Source of the DNA: Clostridia bacterium
GTDB taxonomy: Bacteria; Bacillota; Clostridia; Monoglobales; Monoglobaceae
Assembly: GCA_045586925.1 (NCBI GenBank)
Contig: JAZNBG010000035.1
Span: 6,417 to 70,416 of the forward strand
Reading direction: 5' to 3'
Length of the DNA: 64,000 nt
The notes under the pieces were generated by a model. The model was not told where the DNA came from, ran no database searches, and was given only the letters and a program-made list of their open reading frames with translations. The position numbers and the translations under genes are program-made. The stretch's first letter is position 1. Each line of letters opens with the position of its first letter. Positions 1-10,702 of the stretch are shown piece by piece.

Positions 1-34
1 CGATTTTAAATAATGCGGAAACATCTATATCCAT
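1..34 (-). CDS. 5' end of an unidentified gene that runs off the window (about 11 codons visible)
   Basis: Minus-strand ATG at 34-32 with AAGGAG 9 nt upstream; no product can be assigned. Confidence 0.2.
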   Translation of the reverse strand, partial: MDIDVSALFKI

Positions 35-238
35 ACACTTGTTCTCCTTGTTTTGTAATTTAGGTTTTATTTTAATACCACTCCGAGATGGCATTGCCAA
101 CCAACTTTCCGGAAATCCTCCCACCGTCTGCGACGGTCCCCCCTCCTTTAGGCAAGGAGGGCTTTGCGGAATGGCGAATCGGGGAGGCAGGGTTAATTGC
201 ATATTGCTACAAAACTAGTATATGTAATTCCTTGAAAA

Positions 239-778
239 TTAAAACAGTTTTGGAGTTTTTTTCAAAGCCTTTGTTCTTGCAAGTGCTTTAACCAGAACAA
301 TCGCAATTATGTAGTCTACGATGTGATGTATGATTGTTCCCACACCGGTAACATAAAATGCGATATAAAACATATTTCCGTTTGACTCCGACCAACCAAC
401 GCTTAAGAAGAGCAATGAAACGAGTGCTTCAAAGATTGCGTGGAGTATCATAGTTGTTGCGCCAACAAGCACAATGCTGCAGTTTTTATTAATCATATAA
501 GCACCAACAACCGCAAAAATGATGTGGGATGCTGCGCGTGCAGTAACTGCGGGGTCAAGACCGGCAAAGATAAAACCTAAGGTTGTGCCCAAAGCGGTAA
601 AGATTGCTGAAATCGGCGAGATAAACATAGCAATAAAAACCGGAACATGTGCTGTCAAAGTAGCTGAAAATGGCGGAAGGTATACTCTAAGCCCACTGAA
701 CATTGTAGGAATGATTATTCCAAAAGCAATGAGCAATGCGGTAATGACCATATCTTTTGTGTTAAATGTCTTTTTCAT
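239..778 (-). CDS. polytopic membrane protein, ECF-transporter S-component-like
   Basis: 179 aa with several hydrophobic helices; size and composition resemble ECF substrate-specific components. Its own minus-strand promoter is at ~828-856. Confidence 0.45.
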   Translation of the reverse strand: MKKTFNTKDMVITALLIAFGIIIPTMFSGLRVYLPPFSATLTAHVPVFIAMFISPISAIFTALGTTLGFIFAGLDPAVTARAASHIIFAVVGAYMINKNCSIVLVGATTMILHAIFEALVSLLFLSVGWSESNGNMFYIAFYVTGVGTIIHHIVDYIIAIVLVKALARTKALKKTPKLF

Positions 779-894
779 CTTTAATTCTCCTTTGCATTTT
801 TGTTAACACTACCATTTTAAGACTTTTATCAAAATATGTCAAGTTTTTAGCACGAATAAACAGGTTTTTCTTTGAAATATAAAGACTTTTGTGG

Positions 895-923
895 TTGACA
901 GTATGCAAAAAAAAGAGTATAAT
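895..923 (+). promoter_or_regulatory. sigma-A type promoter upstream of metK (TTGACA-17-TATAAT)
   Basis: TTGACA at 895-900, a 17-nt spacer, TATAAT at 918-923. It is divergent from a minus-strand TTGACA/TAAAAT promoter at ~828-856. Confidence 0.5.
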
Positions 924-986
924 GTTATTTAGTAAAATAGGTGGATTGTGTAAGCTATTCGGCTTAAAATATAGGAGGAAGAAAAA

Positions 987-2147
987 ATGAGTTACAAGAA
1001 GTTGTTCACATCCGAGTCGGTTACAGAGGGGCATCCCGATAAAATTTCCGACTTGATTTCAGATGCGGTACTTGATGCGATTTATGCGAAGGACCCTCAG
1101 GCTCGTGTTGCTTGCGAGGTTACTGTGACAACAGGTTTGGTGGTTGTAGTTGGCGAAATCAGCACAAGTGCAAATATTGATGTACAGGAGATTGTAAGAG
1201 AAACTGTCCGCGAGGTAGGTTATGACCGTGCAAAATACGGTTTTGATTGCGACACCTGCGGTGTTATCTGTGCTCTTGACAAGCAGTCAAGCGATATTGC
1301 AATGGGCGTTGATGACAATGGCGAAGGCCACGGCGCAGGCGACCAGGGTATGATGTTTGGTTTTGCTTGTGACGAAACCGAAAGCTATATGCCTATGGCA
1401 ATTGACCTTGCACACAAGATGGCAAGACGCCTTACTGAAGTCAGAAAGAGCGGGCTTCTCCCATATCTCAGACCTGATGGAAAGACTCAGGTTACCGTCG
1501 AATACAACGAGGATGGAACGGTTAAGAGAATTGACGCCGTTGTTGTATCTAGCCAGCATGACGAAAAGGTTGAAATGGCTGACCTTCGTGCAGATATCGA
1601 AAAGTGGGTTATTCGTGCAACGATTCCTGCGGAGTTGATGGATGCAGATACGAAGATTTATATTAACCCCACGGGCAGATTTGTTATAGGCGGCCCTCAG
1701 GGTGATTCGGGACACACCGGCAGAAAGATTATTGTTGACACCTATGGCGGCTATGCGCGTCACGGCGGCGGTGCGTTCTCGGGCAAGGATCCCACAAAGG
1801 TTGACAGATCTGCGGCGTATGCGGCACGTTATGTTGCCAAGAACGTTGTTGCGGCAGGTCTTGCAAAATCCTGCGAGGTTCAGCTTGCTTATTCGATTGG
1901 TGTTGCAAAGCCTGTATCACTTAGAATTGATACCTTTGGAACAGGTAAAATCAGCGAAGAAAAAATTTCCGAACTGGTTAGCAAGGTGTTTGACCTGACA
2001 CCCAGCGGAATTATTAATACTCTTAATCTTAGAAGACCCATCTATAAACAGACAGCGGCTTATGGACATTTTGGACGCACAGACATTGACCTTCCGTGGG
2101 AGGCAACCGACAAGGCGGGCGTTCTTAAAGAAATGGCAGGGTTTTAA
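987..2147 (+). CDS. metK: S-adenosylmethionine synthetase
   Basis: 386 aa; N-terminal [12 protein letters not shown] and the [19 protein letters not shown] motif; RBS AGGAGG upstream. Confidence 0.97.
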   Translation: MSYKKLFTSESVTEGHPDKISDLISDAVLDAIYAKDPQARVACEVTVTTGLVVVVGEISTSANIDVQEIVRETVREVGYDRAKYGFDCDTCGVICALDKQSSDIAMGVDDNGEGHGAGDQGMMFGFACDETESYMPMAIDLAHKMARRLTEVRKSGLLPYLRPDGKTQVTVEYNEDGTVKRIDAVVVSSQHDEKVEMADLRADIEKWVIRATIPAELMDADTKIYINPTGRFVIGGPQGDSGHTGRKIIVDTYGGYARHGGGAFSGKDPTKVDRSAAYAARYVAKNVVAAGLAKSCEVQLAYSIGVAKPVSLRIDTFGTGKISEEKISELVSKVFDLTPSGIINTLNLRRPIYKQTAAYGHFGRTDIDLPWEATDKAGVLKEMAGF

Positions 2148-2268
2148 AATTCTGCTGCTCTGCGGAGCAGAAAGAAAATGATAAAATATAAAAGATCTGT
2201 CATACTTTAGGCAGGTCTTTTGCTTTAAAGTGGTAAAGCACCGGATGCTTCCCAGAGAGGATTACAAA

Positions 2269-2868
2269 ATGGATTATTATGTTTCACCCCTTCAAAATCT
2301 TATAGACGAATTTCAAAAGCTTCCCGGAATCGGCAACAAAACCGCGCAACGTCTTGCGTATTATGTGCTTAATATGCCAGAGCAGTCGGCTAATCGTTTT
2401 GCAAATGCGATTGTTGATGCAAAGAAAAAGATTACCTATTGTAAGGTGTGTCAAAACTTTTCTGATCGTGAAGAATGTTCGGTTTGCAGCAATCCCGCCC
2501 GTGATAAGGGTGTTATTTGTGTTGTTGAAAATCCCCGTGATGTAATTCAGATGGAAAAAACGAACGAGTTCAAGGGCACATATCACGTTCTTCATGGCGC
2601 GATTTCGCCAATGGATAACGTAGGTCCCGAGGATATACGAATAAAAGAACTGATGGCAAGGATTACCTCTGGCGAGGTAAGAGAGGTTATTATGGCAACC
2701 AACCCCAATTTAGAGGGCGAAACAACGGCGATGTATATTTCAAAGCTGATAAAGCCTTTTGGAGTAAAGGTGACAAGAATTGCTCACGGCGTGCCTGTGG
2801 GCGGTGAGCTTGAATATGCCGACGAAATAACTTTGGCAAGGGCACTTCAATGGCGGATTGAGTTATGA
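2269..2868 (+). CDS. recR: recombination protein RecR
   Basis: HhH motif ([15 protein letters not shown]), C4 zinc finger (CKVCQNFSD...CSVCSN) and a Toprim region. Start set at MDYYVSPL, 8 nt after AGAGAGG. Confidence 0.9.
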   Translation: MDYYVSPLQNLIDEFQKLPGIGNKTAQRLAYYVLNMPEQSANRFANAIVDAKKKITYCKVCQNFSDREECSVCSNPARDKGVICVVENPRDVIQMEKTNEFKGTYHVLHGAISPMDNVGPEDIRIKELMARITSGEVREVIMATNPNLEGETTAMYISKLIKPFGVKVTRIAHGVPVGGELEYADEITLARALQWRIEL

Positions 2869-3644
2869 TGAAGGAAAAGATTCGTGAATTTGCTAAGACG
2901 CTTGGACTGCAGAAGGTAGGCTTTTCGGATAATGCGGTGGTTGTATTGTTCCCTTATTTCGTTAAGGGCGAGGAAGGCAACATTTCAATGTACGCACGGG
3001 GGCTTGATTATCACCGCATTGCAGAGGCTAAACTGAAACGGCTGGAGAGCTTTTTGCAGACTTTAGGTGCCACAGAAACTCTTATTCACGCAGACAAGGG
3101 TACACTTGACGACCGTCGGGCGGCATATGATGCGGGGCTTGGCTTTTTTGGAGAAAACGGAATGTTGATTTGCCGCGAATATGGCTCGTATTTCTTTATC
3201 GGGCAGGTGGTGCACAATCTGCCGATTAAATGTGATACTCCACAGACTGAAAAATGTCTGGCGTGCGGAGCGTGCAAAAGGTTCTGCCCCGGTGGAGCTT
3301 TAGGCGAGGATGGGTTTAAAATTGATAAATGCCTATCACAGATTTCGCAGAAAAAGGGAGAGCTTTCTGCTTATGAACAGAAGCTTTTAAAGGAGAATGG
3401 TCTTTGCTGGGGCTGTGATGTATGTCAGGCGGTTTGTCCTCACAATAAGGATTTGCAAACCACGGCAATGCCCGAATTTTGTGAAAGACGAATAATCCGA
3501 CTTAAACCTGAAGATTTAGAGGGCTTAAGCAATCGTGAGTTTAAAGATAAATTTGGCGAATATGCGTTTTCGTGGCGTGGCAAAGGCGTGCTCGAAAGGA
3601 ATTTGAAGATATTGTTTTCTCAAATGGAGGGCATAAATGAATAA
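2865..3644 (+). CDS. 4Fe-4S dicluster protein, epoxyqueuosine-reductase (QueG)-like short form
   Basis: Two CxxCxxC...CP motifs ([24 protein letters not shown]); overlaps the recR stop by 4 nt. Confidence 0.55.
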   Translation: MMKEKIREFAKTLGLQKVGFSDNAVVVLFPYFVKGEEGNISMYARGLDYHRIAEAKLKRLESFLQTLGATETLIHADKGTLDDRRAAYDAGLGFFGENGMLICREYGSYFFIGQVVHNLPIKCDTPQTEKCLACGACKRFCPGGALGEDGFKIDKCLSQISQKKGELSAYEQKLLKENGLCWGCDVCQAVCPHNKDLQTTAMPEFCERRIIRLKPEDLEGLSNREFKDKFGEYAFSWRGKGVLERNLKILFSQMEGINE

Positions 3645-4962
3645 AAATGACATTTTTGAAATAGAAATAACAGGAACAACCGATCAGGGCGATGGCGTAG
3701 GCCGGGCCGAAGGTATGGCGGTGTTTGTTCCTTATGCACTTATGGGCGAGGTTGTGCGAGTTATAATTGTCAAGGTAATGAAATCCTTTGCATACGGCAA
3801 GCTGATGGAGGTAATATCCCCGTCACAGCACAGAATCAAAGCCGAGTGCGAGTATTTTTATAAATGTGGCGGATGTCGGTTCTGGAATGTTGAATACTCT
3901 CAGGAACTTGAATACAAACGACAGAATGTTAAAGATTGTCTGGAGCGGATTGGCAAGATTTATATTGATGTTCCCGAAACATTGGGATGCCTGAACTGCA
4001 GGGGTTACCGCAATAAAGGGCAGTTCCCCGTCAGCAAGGATGGTATTGGTATTTATGCCCAAAACAGCCACAGGGTTATTGATGTTGACAGGTGCATTAT
4101 TCAGGGTGACGAAAACCCTCAGGTCTTGTCTGCTGTTCGTGAGTGGATGACCGAGTGCGGTGTGGAGCCATATAATGAGGAAAACCATTCAGGGTGTATT
4201 CGGCATATTTATACCAGATGTGCACAATCGGGTGTTATGGTGTGCATTGTCACAAGAACAGAGGCTATTCCTTGCCGTGAAAGGCTGGTTGAAATTCTTC
4301 GCCAAAAGGTTGAAGGACTTTCGGGTGTCATTCACAATATGAATGAAAAGCAAACAAATGTTGTTCTTGGCAGACGGTTCAGGACGCTCTGGGGAGAGGA
4401 TTATTTAATTGACAGCATCGGGCACTGCAAATTCAAGTTGTCACCGCTTTCTTTCTATCAGGTAAACAATGCCCAGACAAAGGTTTTATATGACAAGGTA
4501 GCAGAGTTTACACAACTGAACGGATGCGAGGTTGTGTGGGATTTATATTGCGGCATCGGTACAATCGGTCAGTATCTTGCAAAAGATGCAAAGAAAATCG
4601 TGGGTTGCGAGGTTGTTCCTCAGGCGATTGAAAATGCTAAAGAAAATGCAAGGCTCAACGGGATTGAAAATACCGAGTATTATTGTGGAACAGCAGAAGA
4701 GATTGCACCAAAGCTAAATGGCGAAAGACCGGATGTTGTTATTCTTGACCCGCCAAGAAAGGGATGTGAGGAAAGCCTGCTTAAAACTGTTGCAAAAACC
4801 GGTGCAAAGCGGATTGTATATGTTTCCTGCAAACCTTCAACTTTGGCAAGAGATTTGAAAATTCTTGAGGAGCTGGGCTATAAAGTCCAAAAGGTTCAAC
4901 CGGTTGATATGTTCCCCAGGACGCATCATGTTGAGTGCGTCGTGCGACTATATCGGGAATAA
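3637..4962 (+). CDS. rlmD: 23S rRNA (uracil-5-)-methyltransferase, RumA/RlmD family
   Basis: N-terminal TRAM domain, Fe-S cysteines (CGGCRF...) and a C-terminal SAM-MTase fold (DLYCGIGTIG, DPPRKG). Confidence 0.85.
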   Translation: MNKNDIFEIEITGTTDQGDGVGRAEGMAVFVPYALMGEVVRVIIVKVMKSFAYGKLMEVISPSQHRIKAECEYFYKCGGCRFWNVEYSQELEYKRQNVKDCLERIGKIYIDVPETLGCLNCRGYRNKGQFPVSKDGIGIYAQNSHRVIDVDRCIIQGDENPQVLSAVREWMTECGVEPYNEENHSGCIRHIYTRCAQSGVMVCIVTRTEAIPCRERLVEILRQKVEGLSGVIHNMNEKQTNVVLGRRFRTLWGEDYLIDSIGHCKFKLSPLSFYQVNNAQTKVLYDKVAEFTQLNGCEVVWDLYCGIGTIGQYLAKDAKKIVGCEVVPQAIENAKENARLNGIENTEYYCGTAEEIAPKLNGERPDVVILDPPRKGCEESLLKTVAKTGAKRIVYVSCKPSTLARDLKILEELGYKVQKVQPVDMFPRTHHVECVVRLYRE

Positions 4963-5001
4963 TTTTAGCTCACTTAAATAATCTATGCTTTGGAGGTAAT
5001 T

Positions 5002-6135
5002 ATGAAAGCAAATACAACACAATCAAATAATAAAAGAACCAGAAATAGTGCTATTGAGTTGTTGCGTATTTTTTCTATGTTCGCAATTGTTTTGTGCCAT
5101 TTTGCAACACATGGAAGCTTTAGGTTTTCATCACAAAGCATTACAATACCACGTCTTTGGTGGAGTTTTATTGAAATGGGCGGAAACTTCGGCGTTGATG
5201 TCTTTGTTCTGATTTCCGGATACTTTTTAATTGATAATAAAAACACATATTTTAGTTTTACAAAGACAATGAGAATTTGGGGGCAAATAGTTTTTTATTC
5301 CATTTTCCTTTTCGTGTTCTCATTTTTTATTGGGTATGGCAGGTTTAATCTGAGGAATATTATACAAACCTTCTTTCCGATTACTTTTTCTACATGGTGG
5401 TTTGCCAGCACATATTTTGTGTTGTTCCTCTTGCATCCATATATTAATAAATTACTGCATAATTTAGAGAAAAAACAGTATCAGAAACTTTTGATAATTC
5501 TTACAATTTGCTGGTGCATCATTCCAACATTAACGAATAAAAAATTTCAATTAAGTCCGTTGCTGGAATTTGTTTATTTATATTCAATAGCAGGGTACAT
5601 TAAAATATATGGAATTAATCATAAATTGAAAAGCAGTCACTGTTTAGGACTTTTTTGCATATTTACATTTATTACATATCTATCTTGTGTGTTCTTTATG
5701 GTTGCGGGAACAAAAATTGCATCTTTTTCGAACCACTCTCTATATTTTTATGAAAGAAATAAATTACCTACCCTTGCGATGGCGCTTTTCATTTTTATCT
5801 TCTTTATAAAAATGAAACCTTTTTGCAACAACGGGATAAATAAAGTTGCATCTGCAACATTTGGTGTGTATCTTTTGCATGATAGTCCTCTTCTTAGAAG
5901 GTTTTTCTGGATAGACATATTTAAAAATGCCTCATTTCAAAACTCCATTTGGATTATCTTTTATTCTATTGGTGTTTGCATTTTGATTTACAGCGTATGT
6001 ACGCTTATGGATTTAGCCAGACAAAAATTTATTGAAGGACCATATATGAATCTTTTAAGCAAGCATCAGTCAAAAATTATAAGACCAATTAGTTTTGTAT
6101 ATGATAAGGCAAGAAAAATTATCTTTGACGATTAA
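5002..6135 (+). CDS. acyltransferase-3 family membrane protein (OatA-like)
   Basis: Multi-TM protein with the N-terminal AIELLRIFSMFAIVLCHF signature; ATG at 5002 follows GGAGG. Confidence 0.65.
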   Translation: MKANTTQSNNKRTRNSAIELLRIFSMFAIVLCHFATHGSFRFSSQSITIPRLWWSFIEMGGNFGVDVFVLISGYFLIDNKNTYFSFTKTMRIWGQIVFYSIFLFVFSFFIGYGRFNLRNIIQTFFPITFSTWWFASTYFVLFLLHPYINKLLHNLEKKQYQKLLIILTICWCIIPTLTNKKFQLSPLLEFVYLYSIAGYIKIYGINHKLKSSHCLGLFCIFTFITYLSCVFFMVAGTKIASFSNHSLYFYERNKLPTLAMALFIFIFFIKMKPFCNNGINKVASATFGVYLLHDSPLLRRFFWIDIFKNASFQNSIWIIFYSIGVCILIYSVCTLMDLARQKFIEGPYMNLLSKHQSKIIRPISFVYDKARKIIFDD

Positions 6136-6234
6136 TGATATTATAGCAGACCTCAACAAGACACGTCGAAACTTTAGTGCAGGTCGTGAGAATTGATCAA
6201 GAACTGAAATATGACAGAAAAAGGAGGCGAAAAT

Positions 6235-6762
6235 ATGAACACAGTTGTAATTTACAAATCAAAATACGGCTCTACCAAGGCCTATGCCGAATGGATTGCC
6301 GAGGAGCTTGGATGCCCGGCAGTTGATGCCGAAGTTATCAACCCGACGGATTTTGATAAATACGATACAATAGTATATGGCGGAGGTCTGTATGCAGAAA
6401 TGATTGCAGGCATCAGCCTGATAACAAAAAATATGGATAAGCTGAAAAATAAAAAAATAGCTGTATTTTCAGCCGGACTGACACCTCTTGATTGTCGTGA
6501 ATATTATGACAAAATGGTAATAGAGAAGAACTTTAAGCAAGGTGTTCCTTCGAATATAAAGATTTTTAATTTTATGGGCAAGATGATAATTGATGAACTC
6601 AGCCTCCCGCATAAGGCGGCAATAAAAATGCTCAAAAAGGTGATGTCAGGCAAGAAAAACCCCACCGATATGGAACGCTTGCTGATTGATTTATGTGATG
6701 CAGATGGAGATTTTACAAACCGTGATGAAATTGTAGCACTTGTGGAATATATAAAGGGATAA
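6235..6762 (+). CDS. flavodoxin-domain protein
   Basis: VVIYKSKYGSTKAYAEWIAEEL flavodoxin-like FMN-binding start; AGGAGG 8 nt upstream of the ATG at 6235. Confidence 0.7.
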   Translation: MNTVVIYKSKYGSTKAYAEWIAEELGCPAVDAEVINPTDFDKYDTIVYGGGLYAEMIAGISLITKNMDKLKNKKIAVFSAGLTPLDCREYYDKMVIEKNFKQGVPSNIKIFNFMGKMIIDELSLPHKAAIKMLKKVMSGKKNPTDMERLLIDLCDADGDFTNRDEIVALVEYIKG

Positions 6763-6784
6763 ACACGAAGGATGCGGTAAGCGA

Positions 6785-7477
6785 ATGAACAAAAGAAAAT
6801 TCTTTACGGGAAATCAACTGAAAGTTATTGCTGCAATTGCTATGGTTATTGACCATATTGGTGCTTGCTTATTTCCCCAATTGACTGTTTTGCGAATAAT
6901 CGGACGGCTGGCATATCCTATATTTGCATTTATGATTGCAGAGGGCTTTGAACATACCAAAAACCGTAAAAAATATTTAATCAGAATGGTTGTTATGGCT
7001 GTGTTTTTACAGTTGGTTTATGCGGTGGTAGTGCGGTCGGCGTTTCAGTGCATATTTATAACGTTCTCGTTGTCAATAGTTCTTTGTATGCTTGCAGATA
7101 ACGCAATGAAAAGGAATAATACAATTAATTGGGCTTTGTTTGCGTTAGCGGTGATTGTGGTGTGCTTTTACACAACTGTCTTGCCGGATATTCTGGCAGG
7201 TACAGGATTTGCAGTGGATTACGGTTTCTTTGGCGTTATGCTGCCGGTGGCGGTGTTTATGGCTAGGACAAAAAACGCTAAGCTGATTATATTTACTGTT
7301 ATGCTATGCCTGCTATGGACGGTTTGTGGATATATACAGGGATTTGCACTTATGACAGTTCCGCTTATTGCGATGTACAATGGCGAAAGAGGAAGACGGA
7401 GATTAAAAAACTTCTTTTACATCTTTTATCCGGTGCATATGGCGGTCATTTATCTGATACAGCTTTTTATAAATTGA
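6785..7477 (+). CDS. TraX family membrane protein
   Basis: QLKVIAAIAMVIDHIG...RLAYPIFAFMIAEG is a TraX-family signature; multi-TM. Confidence 0.65.
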   Translation: MNKRKFFTGNQLKVIAAIAMVIDHIGACLFPQLTVLRIIGRLAYPIFAFMIAEGFEHTKNRKKYLIRMVVMAVFLQLVYAVVVRSAFQCIFITFSLSIVLCMLADNAMKRNNTINWALFALAVIVVCFYTTVLPDILAGTGFAVDYGFFGVMLPVAVFMARTKNAKLIIFTVMLCLLWTVCGYIQGFALMTVPLIAMYNGERGRRRLKNFFYIFYPVHMAVIYLIQLFIN

Positions 7478-7507
7478 ATACACATAGAATAATACGGAGG
7501 ATTAAAA

Positions 7508-8302
7508 ATGGAAACAGGAATAAATTTGTTTTGTTACGGAGACAAAAGTGTACTTGATATATCCGAACAGGTTAAACTGATGAAGGAAAATGATTTTACT
7601 CATACCTTTATAATGGCAGACCATCCGCACCTTGACGCTGCTGTGGTAGACAAGGTTAAGCGCGCCGGGATTACATTTGACACACTCCACGCACCATTTT
7701 ACGGAATTAATGATATGTGGAAGGAAGGTATCGACGGCGACGAAATGCTGCAAAGGCTTGTTGAATGTATCCGGAAATGTGCAGACTTTGATATCCCTGT
7801 TGCGATTGTACATTTGTCATCGGGCAAGCCTGCTCCGGTAATTAGCGATATAGGCAACAGCCGGTTTGCTCGGCTGATTGAAAAAGCGCGGGAGAAAAAT
7901 ATAACATTGGCGTTTGAAAATCAGCGTTTTGTTGCAAATCTTGCGTCTGTGATGGAACAACACGCAGATGCCGGTTTTTGCTGGGATGTTGGTCATGAGG
8001 GCTGTTTTACAAAAGGAATACATTTTATGAACCTGTTTGGCAATAGGCTGACGGCGGTTCATCTGCATGACAACCATCACTTGCCCGATGAGGATGAACA
8101 CCTTATACCATTTGACGGAATTTGCGACTATTCCCATATTGCAGAAACTTTGATTCACTATAATTTTAGTGGGACAGTAATGCTTGAGGTGTTCAGGTCA
8201 GAAAGCGATAAATATATAAATTTTACGGCAAAGGAATATTATAAACACGCAGGAGAGGCTGCAAAAAAGCTTGTCAGCCTGATAGAGAGCAAAAAACAAT
8301 GA
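7508..8302 (+). CDS. sugar phosphate isomerase/epimerase (xylose-isomerase-like TIM barrel)
   Basis: 264 aa with conserved His/Asp/Glu metal-ligand pattern (LHAPF..., VHLHDN...). Confidence 0.6.
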   Translation: METGINLFCYGDKSVLDISEQVKLMKENDFTHTFIMADHPHLDAAVVDKVKRAGITFDTLHAPFYGINDMWKEGIDGDEMLQRLVECIRKCADFDIPVAIVHLSSGKPAPVISDIGNSRFARLIEKAREKNITLAFENQRFVANLASVMEQHADAGFCWDVGHEGCFTKGIHFMNLFGNRLTAVHLHDNHHLPDEDEHLIPFDGICDYSHIAETLIHYNFSGTVMLEVFRSESDKYINFTAKEYYKHAGEAAKKLVSLIESKKQ

Positions 8303-8404
8303 TAAAGGGGCTGTCTGTTTAAACAGACAGCTATCTTTATGTGCATATATCTGTATTTAAATTCATATAATTAAACATCCTACTTGCGAGAAAGGAAATA
8401 CAGA

Positions 8405-9607
8405 ATGAAACGATACAGAGCCGTAATAATTGACGGAAAAAAGATTATAAGACGAGGGCTGCAAATTGGCATAATGATGGTTGTTGCAAGCCTTGCCCTT
8501 GTTAATATAAAAATTGCAGACATCCAATGGAATGTCCCTGACGGTCGGCAAATCATCAGCGAAAGCATACCGGCAATTCATGGGGGTAACGACGAAGGCG
8601 GGCTGGCGATTTCAGGCGTTCTTAAGAAGATATTCAGTTTTGTTATGACAATTGACCCAAATGACGAAAGAACGGTAATTTTTTCGGAGCTGCCTGTTGT
8701 CCGTGCGGTAAGCGGTGGTTATCTTGCAAGACTGGCAAATGAAGCTGTTGAGGGGGCATATAGCCACAAGAATACTGATAATAGTCAAGGAACGGCTGAA
8801 ACGCCAATTTCCCAAGAAAATCAATATCCGATAAAAGAGATTGATTCAAGTCAGGCAAAGGCGTTGGGTAAAAATTCAGGAAAGATACTTATTCGCAACG
8901 AAACAACATATAGCATAAATGTTGACGAAATGCTAAAAGCTCCTCTCACATTTGATATGAAGGGAAATGCCCCCAAAATTCTGATAGTACATACACATGG
9001 CACCGAATGCTATTCCCCTGAAGGCGCAGAAACCTATCAGGCAGATAAAAGCGACCGCAGCCTTGACAAATCCCAAAATGTGGTCAAGGTGGGTGAGGCG
9101 ATGAAACAAATCTTTGAGGAACAAGGCATTTCTGTCATTCATGACACCACGCTGCACGACCATCCTGACTTCAACGGCTCCTACGAGAATTCCCGCAAGA
9201 CGGTCGAAGGCTATTTATCAAAATACCCGAGCATATGTATGGTGCTTGATATTCACCGTGATGCCTTTGTATACGAGGATGGCAGCAAGGCAAAATTCAT
9301 TTCCGAAATAGATGGCAAAAAGGTTGCCCAGCTTATGTTTGTTGTGGGAAGCGACGCCGGTGGACTTGAGCATCCTAACTGGCGTGAAAATATGAAGCTG
9401 GCACTTAAACTGCAAAATCACATCAACGGCGACTACCCAACGCTGATGCGTGGTGTAAATCTGCGCACCGAAAGGTTTAACGGGCATACTACCTGCGGCA
9501 GTATGATAATTGAGGTGGGCAGCAGCGGTAATACCCTTTCTGAAGCCGTAGACGGAGCAAAATACGGAGCCTCAGCAATTGCCGAATATTTAAACACCCT
9601 AAAATAG
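8405..9607 (+). CDS. spoIIP: stage II sporulation protein P
   Basis: N-terminal TM, then the ILIVHTHGTECY...HRD amidase-like SpoIIP core; ATG at 8405. Confidence 0.8.
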   Translation: MKRYRAVIIDGKKIIRRGLQIGIMMVVASLALVNIKIADIQWNVPDGRQIISESIPAIHGGNDEGGLAISGVLKKIFSFVMTIDPNDERTVIFSELPVVRAVSGGYLARLANEAVEGAYSHKNTDNSQGTAETPISQENQYPIKEIDSSQAKALGKNSGKILIRNETTYSINVDEMLKAPLTFDMKGNAPKILIVHTHGTECYSPEGAETYQADKSDRSLDKSQNVVKVGEAMKQIFEEQGISVIHDTTLHDHPDFNGSYENSRKTVEGYLSKYPSICMVLDIHRDAFVYEDGSKAKFISEIDGKKVAQLMFVVGSDAGGLEHPNWRENMKLALKLQNHINGDYPTLMRGVNLRTERFNGHTTCGSMIIEVGSSGNTLSEAVDGAKYGASAIAEYLNTLK

Positions 9608-9610
9608 AAT

Positions 9611-9643
9611 AAAGGAGCTGTCGCAAAAAGCGGCAGCTCCTTT
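9611..9643. terminator. bidirectional intrinsic terminator between convergent spoIIP and the fumarase alpha gene
   Basis: GGAGCTGTCGC-AAAAA-GCGGCAGCTCC hairpin flanked by A/T runs. Confidence 0.6.
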
Positions 9644-9748
9644 GGGATGGACGCAAAATAGTGCAGATTGGAAAAACTTAGGTCTGAGACTGTATGTGGA
9701 TGCTGCGAGAGGCGAAGTTTTTTCAAAACGCAAAGCGTTTGCAATAAG

Positions 9749-10591
9749 TCATATCTCGTATGTCAGATGCCGTGTAACGTGGCAACTGATATTAACAGCC
9801 ACAGGCAGACCGGCAATGTGGGTAGGAAATGTTTCTACATTCACACCCAAAGCGGTGGTAATTCCGCCGTAGCCCTGAGGACCGATATCAAGTGCGTTAA
9901 TACGTTTAAGCAGCGTATCTTCAATATCTGCATAATATTTATCAGGATTGCTCTTTTGTATATCACGCAGCAATGCCTTTTTTGAAAGGATTGCTGCTTT
10001 TTCCATTGTACCGCCGATACCAACGCCTACAACAATGGGTGGGCAAGGATTACCGGATGCGTTCTTCACTGTTTCAACCACAAAGTCAAGAACACCGTCA
10101 AGCCCGTCTGATGGCTTTAACATTTTTATGGCACTCATATTTTCGCTGCCAAACCCCTTTGGAGCAATGGTAATTTTAAATCCGTTGCCGTCAACAATCT
10201 CGGTGTGAATTATTGCCGGTGTATTGTCCTCTGTATTTCCACGACGAATTGGGTCAGCGACCACCGATTTCCTAAGATAGCCGTCGCGATAGCCTTGCCT
10301 TACACCTTCGTTAATGGCATCATAAAGACCGCCACCGACAATATGTACGTCCTGTCCAAGCTCCAGAAAGAAAACAGCCATACCGGTGTCCTGACAAATG
10401 GGAACATCATTACGCCGCGCAATCTCGGCATTTTTGATAATATCACCTAAGATTTCTGCAGCAAGGGGATTATTTTCTGCATTCCTACCTTCTTTAAGAG
10501 CGTTTTCTATATCTTCGTTAAGATAACAGTTTGATTCTATACACATACGGGCAACAAGTGCCGTAATATCATTTGCATTGATTTCTCGCAT
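9749..10591 (-). CDS. Fe-S hydro-lyase, fumarate hydratase class I / tartrate dehydratase alpha subunit
   Basis: Alpha-subunit signature (CQDTGM, GGGxxN); start at MREIN with GGAGGAA RBS. No beta subunit is adjacent. Confidence 0.8.
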   Translation of the reverse strand: MREINANDITALVARMCIESNCYLNEDIENALKEGRNAENNPLAAEILGDIIKNAEIARRNDVPICQDTGMAVFFLELGQDVHIVGGGLYDAINEGVRQGYRDGYLRKSVVADPIRRGNTEDNTPAIIHTEIVDGNGFKITIAPKGFGSENMSAIKMLKPSDGLDGVLDFVVETVKNASGNPCPPIVVGVGIGGTMEKAAILSKKALLRDIQKSNPDKYYADIEDTLLKRINALDIGPQGYGGITTALGVNVETFPTHIAGLPVAVNISCHVTRHLTYEI

Positions 10592-10702
10592 AAAAATTCC
10601 TCCACAAACATCTTGTTCTAAGTATAACACCAACTTTCGCAAAAATCAAGGCAGTAATACTTTTAACATCTCATCATATATTAGTATGTAGAGGTGATAT
10701 AA

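Noticed and set aside
88-291. 67-aa plus-strand ORF in the intergenic region
   Set aside because: No RBS, proline-rich low-complexity translation, and it overlaps the probable leader or hairpins of a minus-strand gene.
800-986. Looked for a SAM-I riboswitch upstream of metK
   Set aside because: The 5' region is short (a ~60-nt leader after a clear TTGACA/TATAAT promoter) and lacks the SAM-I consensus stems. Only a promoter is called.
1287-1763. 158-aa antisense ORF inside metK, plus many similar antisense or overlapping ORFs in the track (e.g. 3823-4188, 9218-9487, 12188-12631, 40266-40718, 62183-62569)
   Set aside because: They lie within confidently assigned genes on the opposite strand or out of frame, and have no RBS or homology signal. 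They are typical spurious ORFs.
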